Source: an uncultured Bacillota bacterium (GTDB lineage Bacteria > Sysuimicrobiota > Sysuimicrobiia > Sysuimicrobiales > Segetimicrobiaceae). From it: a stretch of DNA of 64,000 nt. Of this stretch, positions 10,138 to 20,214 are shown in pieces. Both the position numbers and the translations under genes were made by a program. How positions within the stretch are numbered: position 1 is the first letter of the stretch; the number at the start of each line of letters is the position of its first letter. The notes under the pieces were generated by a model. The model did not search any database. It was not told the DNA's origin and saw only the letters and a list, made by a program, of their open reading frames with translations. Location of the stretch: contig CAWDRG010000009.1 in the NCBI GenBank assembly GCA_963804645.1, positions 640,001-704,000 on the forward strand. The letters run 5' to 3'.

Positions 10138-11009
10138 GCATGCGCGCCGCAGCGCTGCCGCTCCGGCGGTCCGGCCTGTGGCTCGACGCGTGGCGCCGGT
10201 TCGCGCGTGACCGCCTGGCGCTGACAGGCGGCGTGGTGCTGGCGGTCCTCGCGCTCGCCGCCGCGGGCGCGCCGCTGTTCACGCAGTACGCCCCGGATCA
10301 GGTCGACCTCCAATCGCTGGACGCAGCGCCGTCGGCCGCGCACTGGTTCGGGACGGACGACCTGGGCCGCGACGAGTTCAGCCGGGCGCTGTACGCTGGC
10401 CGCGTATCGCTGTCGATCGGCGTCGCGAGCGCGCTCGTGTCCGCGAGCGTCGGCACCACGGTGGGCGCCGCGGCCGGCTACTACGGCGGGATCGTCGACA
10501 GCGCGCTGATGCGCCTGACCGACGTCGTGCTGTCGATCCCGCCGCTGCCGCTCGTGATCGTGCTGTCGGCCATCGTGAAGCCGTCGCCGCTGACCCTGAT
10601 CCTGATCATTGCGGGGATCGGCTGGATGGGGACCGCGCGCCTCGTCCGGGGCGCGCTCTTGACGATCCGGGAGACCGAGTACGTCGAAGCGGCGCGCGCG
10701 GTGGGCTGCGGCAGCCTGCGGGTCATTCTCCGCCACGCGCTGCCGAACGGGCTCGCGCCGGTGATCGTGGCGGCCACGCTGGCCGTCGGCAACGCGATCA
10801 TCACGGAGTCCGTGCTCTCGTTTCTCGGCGTCGGCATCCAGCCGCCGACGGCCTCGTGGGGGAACATGCTGCAGAACGCGGAATCGACGATGGCGAGCAA
10901 GCCGTGGCTGTCGGTGTTCCCCGGGGTGTTCATCCTGCTGAGCGTGCTCAGCGTGAACGGGCTGGGGGACGGCCTGCGGGATGCGCTCGACGTGAGGTCG
11001 AAGGAATGA
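10134..11009 (+). CDS. Peptide/nickel ABC transporter permease (OppC/DppC-like)
   Basis: HWFGTDDLGRD, EYVEAARAVG, LGDGLRDALD; ATGA overlap with the upstream permease. Confidence 0.92.
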   Translation: MSMRAAALPLRRSGLWLDAWRRFARDRLALTGGVVLAVLALAAAGAPLFTQYAPDQVDLQSLDAAPSAAHWFGTDDLGRDEFSRALYAGRVSLSIGVASALVSASVGTTVGAAAGYYGGIVDSALMRLTDVVLSIPPLPLVIVLSAIVKPSPLTLILIIAGIGWMGTARLVRGALLTIRETEYVEAARAVGCGSLRVILRHALPNGLAPVIVAATLAVGNAIITESVLSFLGVGIQPPTASWGNMLQNAESTMASKPWLSVFPGVFILLSVLSVNGLGDGLRDALDVRSKE

Positions 11010-11067
11010 GGGGCGGGCCAGCCCGCCGCCGGCCCACGGGGCCGGGCGCAGCGTGAGGAGGGAGCGG

Positions 11068-12138
11068 ATGTCGAAGATCGCGATCGTGGGGTGCGGGGCC
11101 ATCGGCGGCCTGGCCGGCTTCTACATGGCCCAAGCCGGGGAGCCGGTGCTGTTCATCGATCAGAACGCGGAGCATGTGCGCGCGATCCGGGAGCGGGGCA
11201 TCTCCGTGAACGGGATGTACGGGCCGATGGCGATCGGGCCACAGCGCGCCGTCACGCCCGCAGAGATTGAGGAGCCGCTCGACGGCTTGATCTTCCTCGC
11301 GTGCAAGTCGCAGGCGACGGCCGCCGCGATCCGTGGCATCGCGCCGCACGTCGCCCCGACCGGCTGCGTCGTGTCGCTGCAGAACGGCATGAACGAGGAC
11401 ACGATCGCCGAGGTCGTCGGCCGCGAGCGCACGATGGGCGCGCTGCCCGACTACGGCGGCGCGTACCTCGATCCCGGCGTGCTCGAGTCCGTCCACGCGG
11501 GGGTCGTGTACGTCGGCGAGCTCGACGGCCGCCTGACGCCCCGCGCGCGCGAGGCGGCGCGCCTCTTGGGAATCGGGAAGAACACGTGCGAGCTGCTGAC
11601 CGACATCGTCGGACGGGTGTGGACCAAACAGGTCTACAACTCGCAGATCGTCGTGACGGCGCTGATCGACTCGGCCGCGGTCCTTGCCGACAAGAAGATC
11701 CAGCGGCTGGCGGGGGCGAACGTGCGCGAGGCGATGCAGGTGTCCGACGCGGCCGGGATTAAGCTGCACGGCGACGAGTGGTTTCACCCGGAGCTGTACC
11801 ACCCCAAGACGCCGGCGGACACCGAGAAGCTCCTCGCTTCGTACGACCGGCTCGTCGAGCACCTGTCGGGCCACAAGCTGACGCCGGCGCCCGGAGGCTA
11901 CCAGTACGTCAAGAAGGCGAGCGGCATCCACTGGGACATCGTCTACCGGAAGCGGAAGAGCGAGGCCGCCTATCTCACGGTGGTGATGATCGCCGACAGG
12001 TACGGGGTCAAGGTCCCCCTCAACGAGCGGATCGTCGGGATGATCGCGGAGATCGAGGACGGGAAGCGGCAGCTCGGCTATCATAACATCGAGGAAGCGA
12101 GCGCGTACGCGGCGCAGCTCGGAGTCGCCCTCCCGTAG
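11068..12138 (+). CDS. Ketopantoate reductase-like oxidoreductase, third paralogue
   Basis: GCGAIGG, ACKS, SLQNG, GIHWDIVYRKRKSE shared with the other two. Confidence 0.85.
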   Translation: MSKIAIVGCGAIGGLAGFYMAQAGEPVLFIDQNAEHVRAIRERGISVNGMYGPMAIGPQRAVTPAEIEEPLDGLIFLACKSQATAAAIRGIAPHVAPTGCVVSLQNGMNEDTIAEVVGRERTMGALPDYGGAYLDPGVLESVHAGVVYVGELDGRLTPRAREAARLLGIGKNTCELLTDIVGRVWTKQVYNSQIVVTALIDSAAVLADKKIQRLAGANVREAMQVSDAAGIKLHGDEWFHPELYHPKTPADTEKLLASYDRLVEHLSGHKLTPAPGGYQYVKKASGIHWDIVYRKRKSEAAYLTVVMIADRYGVKVPLNERIVGMIAEIEDGKRQLGYHNIEEASAYAAQLGVALP

Positions 12139-12237
12139 GTGGCGCCCTTGGTGCCCGGCACTCCCGACACGTCACACTCGATGAGGCCCGCAGCATGACG
12201 GCCAGCGTGGTCGGCTGCAGGCCCGCGACTGAGAGAG

Positions 12238-13416
12238 ATGGAGGATAGGATGAGCGTAGAATTGTCAGATGATCAACGGTCGATCCGCGACGGCGTGCGC
12301 GATCTGTGCGAGAAGTTCCCCGATGCGTACTGGCGCAAACTCGACGAGACCGCCGCGTACCCGGAGGAATTCCTCAAGGCGCTCTCGGCGGGCGGCTGGC
12401 TCGCCGCGCTCATTCCCGAGGAGTACGGCGGGACCGGGCTCGGCATCACGGAAGCGTCGGTCATCCTTGAGGAGATCAACCACTCCGGGGGCAACGCCGG
12501 CGCGTGCCACGCGCAGATGTACATCATGGGGACGGTGCTCAGGCACGGGAGCGAGGAGCAGAAGCGGCGGTGGCTGCCCGAGATCGCGTCCGGGGCCCTG
12601 CGCCTGCAGGCGTTCGGCGTGACCGAGCCGGCCGCCGGCTCGGAGACGACGCGGATCCAGACGACCGCGGTGCGCCGGGACGGCCGCTACATCGTCAACG
12701 GCCAGAAGGTGTTCATCTCCCGGGCCGAGCACTCGGAATTGATGCTCCTGCTCGCGCGCACGACCCCGTACGAGGAACTCAAGGACAAGACGCGCGGTCT
12801 CTCGGTGTTCATGGTGGACCTTCGGGAGGCGGTCGCGCGGGGCACGGTGCAGATCAAGCCGATCCGCACGATGATGAACCACCATTCGACCGAGCTGTTC
12901 ATCACCGACCTCGAAATCCCCGCCGAGAACCTGATCGGCGAGGAGGGCCTGGGCTTCCGCTACATCATCGACGGGTGGAACGCGGAGCGGATCCTGATCG
13001 CCGCGGAGTCGATCGGGGACGGACGCTGGTTCATCGAGCGGGCATCGAAGTACGCGAAGGAGCGCGTCGTGTTCGGGAAGCCGATCGGCGCGAACCAGGG
13101 GGTGCAGTTTCCGCTCGCGCTCGCCCACGCGCACCTCGAGGCCGCGAACTTGATGCGGTTCCACGCGGCGGGCCTGTTCGATCAGGGGAAGCGCTGCGGC
13201 GCCGAGGCGAACATGGCCAAGCTGCTCGGAGCGGACGCTGCGTGGGAGGCCGCGAACGCGTGCCTCGACGCGCACGGCGGCTACGGGTTTGCCGCGGAGT
13301 ACGACGTCGAGCGCAAGTTCCGGGAGACCCGGCTGTACACGGTCGCCCCGGTCAGCAACAATCTCGTGCTCGCCTACCTGGGGCAGCACGTGCTGGGCCT
13401 GCCGCGGTCCTACTGA
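12238..13416 (+). CDS. Acyl-CoA dehydrogenase
   Basis: AFGVTEPAAGS, NGQKVFIS, FGKPIG, HGGYGF. Confidence 0.93.
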   Translation: MEDRMSVELSDDQRSIRDGVRDLCEKFPDAYWRKLDETAAYPEEFLKALSAGGWLAALIPEEYGGTGLGITEASVILEEINHSGGNAGACHAQMYIMGTVLRHGSEEQKRRWLPEIASGALRLQAFGVTEPAAGSETTRIQTTAVRRDGRYIVNGQKVFISRAEHSELMLLLARTTPYEELKDKTRGLSVFMVDLREAVARGTVQIKPIRTMMNHHSTELFITDLEIPAENLIGEEGLGFRYIIDGWNAERILIAAESIGDGRWFIERASKYAKERVVFGKPIGANQGVQFPLALAHAHLEAANLMRFHAAGLFDQGKRCGAEANMAKLLGADAAWEAANACLDAHGGYGFAAEYDVERKFRETRLYTVAPVSNNLVLAYLGQHVLGLPRSY

Positions 13417-13435
13417 GGATCCCGAGGCCGCGCCG

Positions 13436-14689
13436 ATGGGGGGCAACCGGATGACGCGCCGAAACACGAAGCAGGCCGACGACCGCAGCGCGGCGCCGAC
13501 GGCCGGGATCCTGGGCGGGATTCGCGTCCTCGACCTGACCCGCAACATCGCCGGGCCGTACTGCGCGATGATCCTCGGCGATCTCGGCGCCGACGTCATC
13601 AAGGTGGAGCGGCCGGGGAGCGGGGACGACTGCCGCGAGTGGCGGCCTCCGTCGTGGCACGGGTACAGCACCACGTTCGTCAACTTCAACCGCAACAAGC
13701 GCAGCCTGGCCGCGGACCTCGACAGCGCGGACGGCCAGGAGATCGTGCGCCGGCTCGCCCGGCGGGCGGACGTCGTCGTGGAGAGCTTCCGCACCGGGAG
13801 CCTCGCGAAGCGCGGCCTCGATTACGCGCAGGTGCGCGCCGACAATCCCCGCGTCATTTACTGTTCGATCACCGGGTTCGGCTCGACCGGCCCGCTGCGG
13901 AACCGGCCCGGGTACGACCCGATCGTCCAGGCCTACTCCGGGATCATGAGCACCACCGGCGAGCCCGGCCGCGCTCCGGCGCGGACGGGTCCGTCCATCG
14001 TCGACAACGGCGCGGGGATGTGGTGCGCGCTCGCGGTGCTCGCCTCGCTGTACGCCCGCGAGCGCACCGGCGAGGGCAGCCGCATCGAGACCAGCCTGCT
14101 CGAGACCGGCGTGGCGTGGATGGGATACCACCTGCTCGGCTATCTGGGCACCGGCCGGGTCCCCGGCCCGGTGGGATCCAAGGCGGTGATGATCGCGCCG
14201 TACGAGGGCTTCAAGACGCGCGAGGGCTACCTGCAGCTCGCGGCGGGGAACGACCAGATCTTCAGGCGGCTCTGCGACGTCCTCGAGGTGCGTGAGCTTC
14301 TGTCGGACGCGCGGTTCGGCACCAACGCGGACCGGGTCACCAATCGCGACGCGCTCCACGAGCTGCTCGAGGCCCGCTTCGTCGCCCGCACCGCGCGGGA
14401 GTGGGAGGACATCCTGCTCGAGCACGACGTCCCGTGCAGCTGCGTACGGACGCTCGACCAGGTGGCCGCCGACCCGCAGGTCGAGGCGCTCGACATGCTG
14501 CCCGCGGTGCCCTATCCGCCGATCCCGGATCTGCGGCTGGTCAACCAGGCGTTCCAGATCAACGGACAGCGCGCATCCCGCCTGGAGCCGCCTCCGGAAT
14601 TGGGGCAGCACACCGACGAAGTCCTCGCGGAATGCGGCTACACGGCGGATGAGATCGCGGTCCTGCGGCGGGAGAACGTCGTCGGCTGA
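13436..14689 (+). CDS. CaiB/BaiF family III CoA-transferase
   Basis: VLDLTRNIAGP, LGADVIKVE, NRNKRS, GYDPIVQA; start 13436 or 13451. Confidence 0.92.
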   Translation: MGGNRMTRRNTKQADDRSAAPTAGILGGIRVLDLTRNIAGPYCAMILGDLGADVIKVERPGSGDDCREWRPPSWHGYSTTFVNFNRNKRSLAADLDSADGQEIVRRLARRADVVVESFRTGSLAKRGLDYAQVRADNPRVIYCSITGFGSTGPLRNRPGYDPIVQAYSGIMSTTGEPGRAPARTGPSIVDNGAGMWCALAVLASLYARERTGEGSRIETSLLETGVAWMGYHLLGYLGTGRVPGPVGSKAVMIAPYEGFKTREGYLQLAAGNDQIFRRLCDVLEVRELLSDARFGTNADRVTNRDALHELLEARFVARTAREWEDILLEHDVPCSCVRTLDQVAADPQVEALDMLPAVPYPPIPDLRLVNQAFQINGQRASRLEPPPELGQHTDEVLAECGYTADEIAVLRRENVVG

Positions 14690-14707
14690 GGGCTGAGGCG
14701 CGCGCGG

Positions 14708-15703
14708 CTACGCGGCGCCGCCCCAGCGGATCGTGCACGCGCCCCACGTGTAGCCGGCCCCGAACGCCACCATCACGCCGAGGTCCCCGGGCCGCACGCG
14801 GCCGGCCTCGATCGCCTCGTACAGCGCCACCGGGATCGACGCCGACGACGTGTTGCCGTACCGCTGCACGTTCACGAAAAACTTACTCTTCGGCACGCCC
14901 AGCCGGACCGCGACGGAGTCGATGATCCTGAGGTTCGCCTGGTGCGGAATGACGAAGTCCACGTCGTCCGCGGTGAGGTGGGCGCGGCGCAGCGCCTCGC
15001 CGACGGCTTTCGGCATCTGCTGGACCGCGAACTTGTAGACCTCCGTGCCGTTCATCGCGAGAAAGTGCTCCCCGCGCTCGACCGTCTCGAGCGACGCCGG
15101 CGAGCGGCTGCCGCCGGCGCGCATGTGCAGGTGGTGCCGCCCCTCGCCGTTGCCGCCCAGCACGAATGACAGGAATCCGGACCCCGCCTTGGCGGGCCGG
15201 ACGACGGCCGCGCCCGCCGCGTCGCCGAAGAGCACGCACGTCGACCGGTCGCGCCAGTTGGTGATGCGGGAGAGCGTGTCGGCGCCGACCACGAGGACGG
15301 TCTCGGCCTGGTCGGACATGATCGCGCCGTGCGCGGCGCTCAGCGCGTAGACGAAGCTCGAGCACGCGGACGACACGTCGAGACAGCCCACGGTGCGCGC
15401 GCCGAGCCGCTCCTGCAGCAGACACGAGACGTTCGGGAACGACGTGTCCGGGGTCGCCGTGCCGACGATGATCAGGTCGAGGTCGCTCGCGCCCACGCCC
15501 GCCGCGGCGAGCGCCTCGGTCGCCGCCCCGAAGGCCAAGTCGGAACTCGCCTCCTCGGGCGCCGCGATCCGGCGCTCCTGGATGCCGGTGTGGCTCCGGA
15601 TCCATTCATCGGTGGAGTCGATCGTTGGGGCGAGCTCGGCGTTCGTGACGACCCGTGCGGGGACATACCGTCCCATGCCCACGATCGTGGATCCGCTGTG
15701 CAT
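14708..15703 (-). CDS. fabH: 3-oxoacyl-ACP synthase III
   Basis: Cys-His-Asn triad: SACSS, PHQAN, YGNTS; LFGDAAGA. Confidence 0.92.
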   Translation of the reverse strand: MHSGSTIVGMGRYVPARVVTNAELAPTIDSTDEWIRSHTGIQERRIAAPEEASSDLAFGAATEALAAAGVGASDLDLIIVGTATPDTSFPNVSCLLQERLGARTVGCLDVSSACSSFVYALSAAHGAIMSDQAETVLVVGADTLSRITNWRDRSTCVLFGDAAGAAVVRPAKAGSGFLSFVLGGNGEGRHHLHMRAGGSRSPASLETVERGEHFLAMNGTEVYKFAVQQMPKAVGEALRRAHLTADDVDFVIPHQANLRIIDSVAVRLGVPKSKFFVNVQRYGNTSSASIPVALYEAIEAGRVRPGDLGVMVAFGAGYTWGACTIRWGGAA

Positions 15704-16014
15704 CTCGCTGCCCTCGTCGTCGGTTCGTATGCGGCGCGTCCTGTCCGGCGGGTCGTGCGCGGGCACACGTGAACCCAGCACCACACTCCCGGCAAGGATG
15801 ACTGAGGCCGCCCGGCGTCAGGCCCCGAGGCCAGCTCGGCTTCCCCGTCTACTTCGAGACGGACGGGCCGGACCCTCCGCGCGGGCGCGTCTACTTGTTA
15901 ATGCCCGCGGGGGCGGAGGACCGGCGCGCCACGCGCCCGAATCCTACGCCCGCCGGCCCGGCCGCGCCGCGCGCCGCCGGGCCGGTCGAGGACCGCACGC
16001 GGGAGGATGAGCCG

Positions 16015-16467
16015 GTGAGCCTGTACTACGAGGACGTGGAGATCGGGACGGTGTACGAGAGCCCCGGCCGCACCATCACCGAGTCGGACGTCGTCGCGTT
16101 CGCCGCGCTGTCGGGCGATTGGAACCGGATCCACACCGACGCGGAATACGCGAAGACGACGCCGTTCGGGCAGCGGATCGCCCACGGACTGCTGGGCATC
16201 GCGATCGCCTCGGGCCTGGCCGTGCGGCTCGGAACGTTCGCCGACACCACGATCGCCATGCTGGGGGTGGAGTGGACGTTCCGCGCACCGGTATTCATCG
16301 GGGACACCGTGCACCTGCGCATCCGCGTCGTCTCGAAGCGCCGCACGTCCCGCGGCACCCGCGGGCTCGTCGTGCGGCGCCTCGAGCTCCTGAACCAGCA
16401 GGGTGCGGTGGTGCAGGACGGCACGATCTCCCTGATGGTCACGGCGCGCTCGGCGGAGGGTGAATGA
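16015..16467 (+). CDS. MaoC-like dehydratase
   Basis: SGDWNRIH, RIAHG, FRAPVFIGD. Confidence 0.9.
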   Translation: MSLYYEDVEIGTVYESPGRTITESDVVAFAALSGDWNRIHTDAEYAKTTPFGQRIAHGLLGIAIASGLAVRLGTFADTTIAMLGVEWTFRAPVFIGDTVHLRIRVVSKRRTSRGTRGLVVRRLELLNQQGAVVQDGTISLMVTARSAEGE

Positions 16468-17213
16468 TGGATCCCCTGCTGCGCGCGCGGCACGCGCTGG
16501 TGACGGGCGGCGGATCCGGGATCGGCCGGGCGATCGCGCTGCGCTTCGCGGAGGAGGGCGCGCACGTCTTCATCCTCGATCTGAACGACGAGGCCGCGCG
16601 GGAAACCGCGGACGCGGTGGCCGCGCTGGGGCGCACGTCCGGGTGGGCCCGCGCCGACGTCGCCGACGCGCGGCAGGTCGCCGCGGGGGTCGAGGCTGCG
16701 GAGGCGCGGCTCGGCCACCTCGACACGCTGGTGAACAACGCCGGGATCACGCGGGACGCGACGATCGCGAAGCTTGCCGAGGCGGACTGGGACCTCGTGC
16801 TTGGCGTCCACCTCAAAGGCACGTTTCTCTGCACCCAGGCGGCGGCGCCGCGCCTGCGCGCGGCCGGGGGCGGCGCGATCGTCAACATCTCGTCGATCTC
16901 CGGCAAGATCGGCAACTTCGGCCAGGCGAACTACGCGTCCGCGAAAGCCGGGATCGTGGCCCTGACCAAGGTGACGGCCCGCGAGTACGCCCGCTACGGC
17001 GTGCGCGCGAACGCGATCCAGCCTGGGCTGGTCGACACGGCGATGACGCGCGTCATGACGCCGGAGATGATCGCCCAGCGTGTCAAGGACACCCCGCTCG
17101 GCCGCATCGGGAAACCGGAAGACATCGCCAGCGTCGCGCTGTTCCTCGCGAGCGACCTCGCCGCGTTCGTGACGGGCGCGGTCATCGAGGTGACCGGCGG
17201 GCGGTTTATGTGA
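16464..17213 (+). CDS. FabG-like short-chain dehydrogenase
   Basis: TGGGSGIG, NNAGITRD, YASAK. Confidence 0.92.
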   Translation: MMDPLLRARHALVTGGGSGIGRAIALRFAEEGAHVFILDLNDEAARETADAVAALGRTSGWARADVADARQVAAGVEAAEARLGHLDTLVNNAGITRDATIAKLAEADWDLVLGVHLKGTFLCTQAAAPRLRAAGGGAIVNISSISGKIGNFGQANYASAKAGIVALTKVTAREYARYGVRANAIQPGLVDTAMTRVMTPEMIAQRVKDTPLGRIGKPEDIASVALFLASDLAAFVTGAVIEVTGGRFM

Positions 17214-17299
17214 CCACCCGGCCCGCGGCGGCGACAGGGACCCGTGCCGCCCCCGGAGAATCCGCGAGAGGTGCCTGACCCCTGCCGCTCGGTGAGCGG

Positions 17300-18535
17300 T
17301 TGACTTCCGATTCCCCGACTCCAGCCAAGCCCGTTCCACCGCCATCGCCCGCGGGCGGCGCGGCCCACATGCACACGCTGCTCACGGTCAACAACGCGCT
17401 GTCGGCGGCGTCATCGGCCGCGATGGCGATCGTGACCCCGTTCGTGCCGCTCGACATCGCCGCCCAGGGCGGATCCGACATCGTGATCGGGATGGCGGTC
17501 GGCGCCGCCGGCCTGCTGCCGCTCCTGCTGTCGGTCCACGTGGGCGCGCTGGTGGACGAGCGCGGCGTCGTCTTCGTGTCGAAGGCGGCGGTCGTGATCT
17601 ATGTCGTCGCCGGCGTGCTCCTGGTCGCCGGGCACAGCATCCCCGCGGTCACGGTGGCGTACGCGCTCATGGGGGTCGGCAGCATCGCGATGGTCGTCGC
17701 CACCCAGACCGTGATCGCCGCCGTCAGCGATCCATCCTCGCGCATCCGAAACTTCGGCTACTATTCGGTGTGGAGCGCGGCCGGGTCGATCATTGGGCCG
17801 GTCGGCGGCGGCTTCGTCGCCCAGCAGTGGGGGTTTCAGGCGGCGTTCGCGCTGGTGCTGGTCTGCATGGTGCCGGCCTATCCGCTCGCGGCGCTGATGC
17901 GGTCGGCGCCCAAGGCGCCGCGGCACACGGTGTCGCTCGCGACGGCGCACACGCACACGGGCACCGTGTGGCGGCAGGCCGGGGTGCCCGCGATCCTGAT
18001 CATCTGCTTCATCGTCGTGTGCGGCCAAACGCTGAAGCAGTCGTTCTTCTCGATCTATCTGCAGAAGGTCGGGCTCTCGGCGACCCTGATCGGGCTCGCC
18101 TACGCCGCGGACAGCCTGTGTCAGGTGGTGGTGCGCCCGGCGCTCGGCCCGAACGTGGTGCGGTTCGGCTACGGGACGCTGCTCGTGGCCGCCACCGCGA
18201 TGTCGGCGGTCGCGCTCGGGGTGACGCCGCTCCTGCACACGTTCTGGCCGCTCGTGCTCGCGTCCGGGCTGATGGGAGTGAGCACGGGCGTGACCCAACC
18301 GGCGACGATGAGCATGATGGCCGAGGCGGTCGGCGCGGAGTTCTGGGGGCTCGCGATGGGCATCCGCCAGGTCGCGCAGCGCTCGGCGTCCGTGCTGAGC
18401 CCGATCGTGTTCGGGGTGATCATCAATGTGTCGGGCATCGAGGCCGCGTTTTACGTCGGCGCCGCGGTGCTGGCGGGCAGCGTACCGATCGTCGGCAGCC
18501 TGACGCGGCAGTTTGGGGCTGAGCGGAGGGACTAG
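17300..18535 (+). CDS. MFS transporter
   Basis: About 12 hydrophobic segments, GALVDERG motif A; exact start uncertain. Confidence 0.85.
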   Translation: MTSDSPTPAKPVPPPSPAGGAAHMHTLLTVNNALSAASSAAMAIVTPFVPLDIAAQGGSDIVIGMAVGAAGLLPLLLSVHVGALVDERGVVFVSKAAVVIYVVAGVLLVAGHSIPAVTVAYALMGVGSIAMVVATQTVIAAVSDPSSRIRNFGYYSVWSAAGSIIGPVGGGFVAQQWGFQAAFALVLVCMVPAYPLAALMRSAPKAPRHTVSLATAHTHTGTVWRQAGVPAILIICFIVVCGQTLKQSFFSIYLQKVGLSATLIGLAYAADSLCQVVVRPALGPNVVRFGYGTLLVAATAMSAVALGVTPLLHTFWPLVLASGLMGVSTGVTQPATMSMMAEAVGAEFWGLAMGIRQVAQRSASVLSPIVFGVIINVSGIEAAFYVGAAVLAGSVPIVGSLTRQFGAERRD

Positions 18536-18588
18536 TTCTTGCCCGGCCGGTCGCGCGGCAGACAGGCCGGGGCGCCCACTGACTCGCG

Positions 18589-18630
18589 CGCCGCCAACAC
18601 GCCCGGCGTCACATAGGCGTGTTGGCGGCG
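18589..18630. terminator. 15-bp stem hairpin between convergent genes
   Basis: CGCCGCCAACACGCC ... GGCGTGTTGGCGGCG perfect inverted repeat. Confidence 0.65.
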
Positions 18631-18640
18631 GAGATTCCTG

Positions 18641-18799
18641 TCAGCGCGCGGCTTTGCGTACGGTCCGCGTGGCCTTTCGCGCCGTGCGACGCACCTTGCG
18701 TGTGGTCACCCGTGCGACCTTGCGTCCGGTGCGGCGTACAACGCGCTTGACTTTGCGGGCAGTGCGGCGAACCGTTCGGCTCGGTGAGGTATCGGTCAT
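18641..18799 (-). CDS. 52-aa Arg/Lys-rich small protein (histone H1/protamine-like composition)
   Basis: Manual translation MTDTSPSRTVRRTARKVKRVVRRTGRKVARVTTRKVRRTARKATRTVRKAAR; AAGGAG upstream and hairpin downstream. Confidence 0.7.
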   Translation of the reverse strand: MTDTSPSRTVRRTARKVKRVVRRTGRKVARVTTRKVRRTARKATRTVRKAAR

Positions 18800-18966
18800 G
18801 TTTCATCTCCTTTTTACGCGAAGTGTGGTTCGTAGTTCCCTTCTTCGGCCGCGCAAGAATTCCTGCGTGCGCGCACGGCGTTGTCCGCGCCGCCGCGCAC
18901 ACAGGGGCCGGCCGCGCTCCCGCAGAACGCTACAGCAAGGTCGCGGTTTCCCAGGGGTGGGCTTAG

Positions 18967-20148
18967 ATGGATGATCTGAACGCGCTGAAGCGCAGGGTGC
19001 GCGGCACCGTGGACGAGATGCGGGACGTATTGGTCTCGCTCAGCCGGCGGATCCACGAGACGCCCGAGCTCGGGATGCAGGAGCGCCAGGCGGCGCAGTG
19101 GCTGACCGCGATGTTGCGCGACGCCGGGTTCGAGGTCACGCAGCCGATCGCGGGCATGGAGACGGCGTTCCGGGCCGACGTGCCCGGGTCGGCGTCGCGG
19201 CCGCACGTCGCGCTGCTCGCGGAGTACGACGCGCTGGCCGGGGTCGGGCACGCGTGCGGGCACAACCTGATCTGCATGGCGAGCGTCGGCGCCGCGGTCG
19301 CGCTCCACCGCGCGATTCCGCGGCTGCCCGGCACGCTGACCGTGCTTGGGACGCCCGCCGAGGAGACCGCGGGCGGCAAGGTGCCGATGGTCGAGCAGGG
19401 CGTGTTCGACGGCGTCGACGCCGCGATGATGTTCCATCCGTCGAAGTCCAACTGGTGGGTGCGCGGCGCGTTGGCCGCGCAGGGGCTCACGATCACGTTC
19501 CACGGGCGGTCGTCCCACGCCGCCGCGGCGCCGGAGAAGGGCATCAACGCGCTCAACGCGCTGCTCCTGACGTACCACGCGATCGACTCGCTGCGGCAGC
19601 ACGTCACGAGCGACGTGCGCATCCACGGGGTCATCACGCACGGCGGCGACGCGGCCAACGTGGTGCCGGCGCTCGCGGTCGGGGAGTTTCTCGTGCGCGC
19701 GAACACCCAGGCGGCGCTCGTCGGCGTCATGGCCCAGGTCCAGCGCTGCGCGGAGGGCGCGGCGGTCGCGACCGGCGCGCGCGTCGAGATGAAGACGGGC
19801 GCCGTCTACGCCGAGCGCAACAACAACCGCACGCTCGCCGGACTGTTCGGCGACAACATGCGCGAGGTCGGCGTCGAGGGTGAGGAGCCGGCCGCGTCCG
19901 GCGGCGTCGGGTCGTCCGACATCGGCAACGTCAGCCTCGTGGTACCGACGATTCACCCGTACGTGAAGATCACCGACGACGCGGCCGGGCACACGCCCGA
20001 GTTTCGCGAGGCGTCGGCGTCCGAGCGCGGCTACACCGCGATGCTGAACGCCGCGAAGGGCCTCGCCACGACGGCGCTCGACGTCATGTACCGCCCCGGG
20101 GCCGTGGACGAGCTGTGGGCGGAGTTCCACGCGAGCCAGCGGCGCTGA
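18967..20148 (+). CDS. Peptidase M20 family amidohydrolase (ACY1L2/AbgB-like)
   Basis: EYDAL, HACGHN, GTPAEE, GSSDIGNVS. Confidence 0.9.
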   Translation: MDDLNALKRRVRGTVDEMRDVLVSLSRRIHETPELGMQERQAAQWLTAMLRDAGFEVTQPIAGMETAFRADVPGSASRPHVALLAEYDALAGVGHACGHNLICMASVGAAVALHRAIPRLPGTLTVLGTPAEETAGGKVPMVEQGVFDGVDAAMMFHPSKSNWWVRGALAAQGLTITFHGRSSHAAAAPEKGINALNALLLTYHAIDSLRQHVTSDVRIHGVITHGGDAANVVPALAVGEFLVRANTQAALVGVMAQVQRCAEGAAVATGARVEMKTGAVYAERNNNRTLAGLFGDNMREVGVEGEEPAASGGVGSSDIGNVSLVVPTIHPYVKITDDAAGHTPEFREASASERGYTAMLNAAKGLATTALDVMYRPGAVDELWAEFHASQRR

Positions 20149-20214
20149 TGTCCCCCGCGCCCGGGACCACGCTCGGATCGACGCTCGCCCGACGCTAGGA
20201 CAGGAGGAGCCCCA

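Noticed and set aside
18816..18841. ECF-sigma-like GGAAC-N16-CGTA on the minus strand before the basic peptide gene
   Set aside because: Sits almost on the RBS and is too short to distinguish from chance
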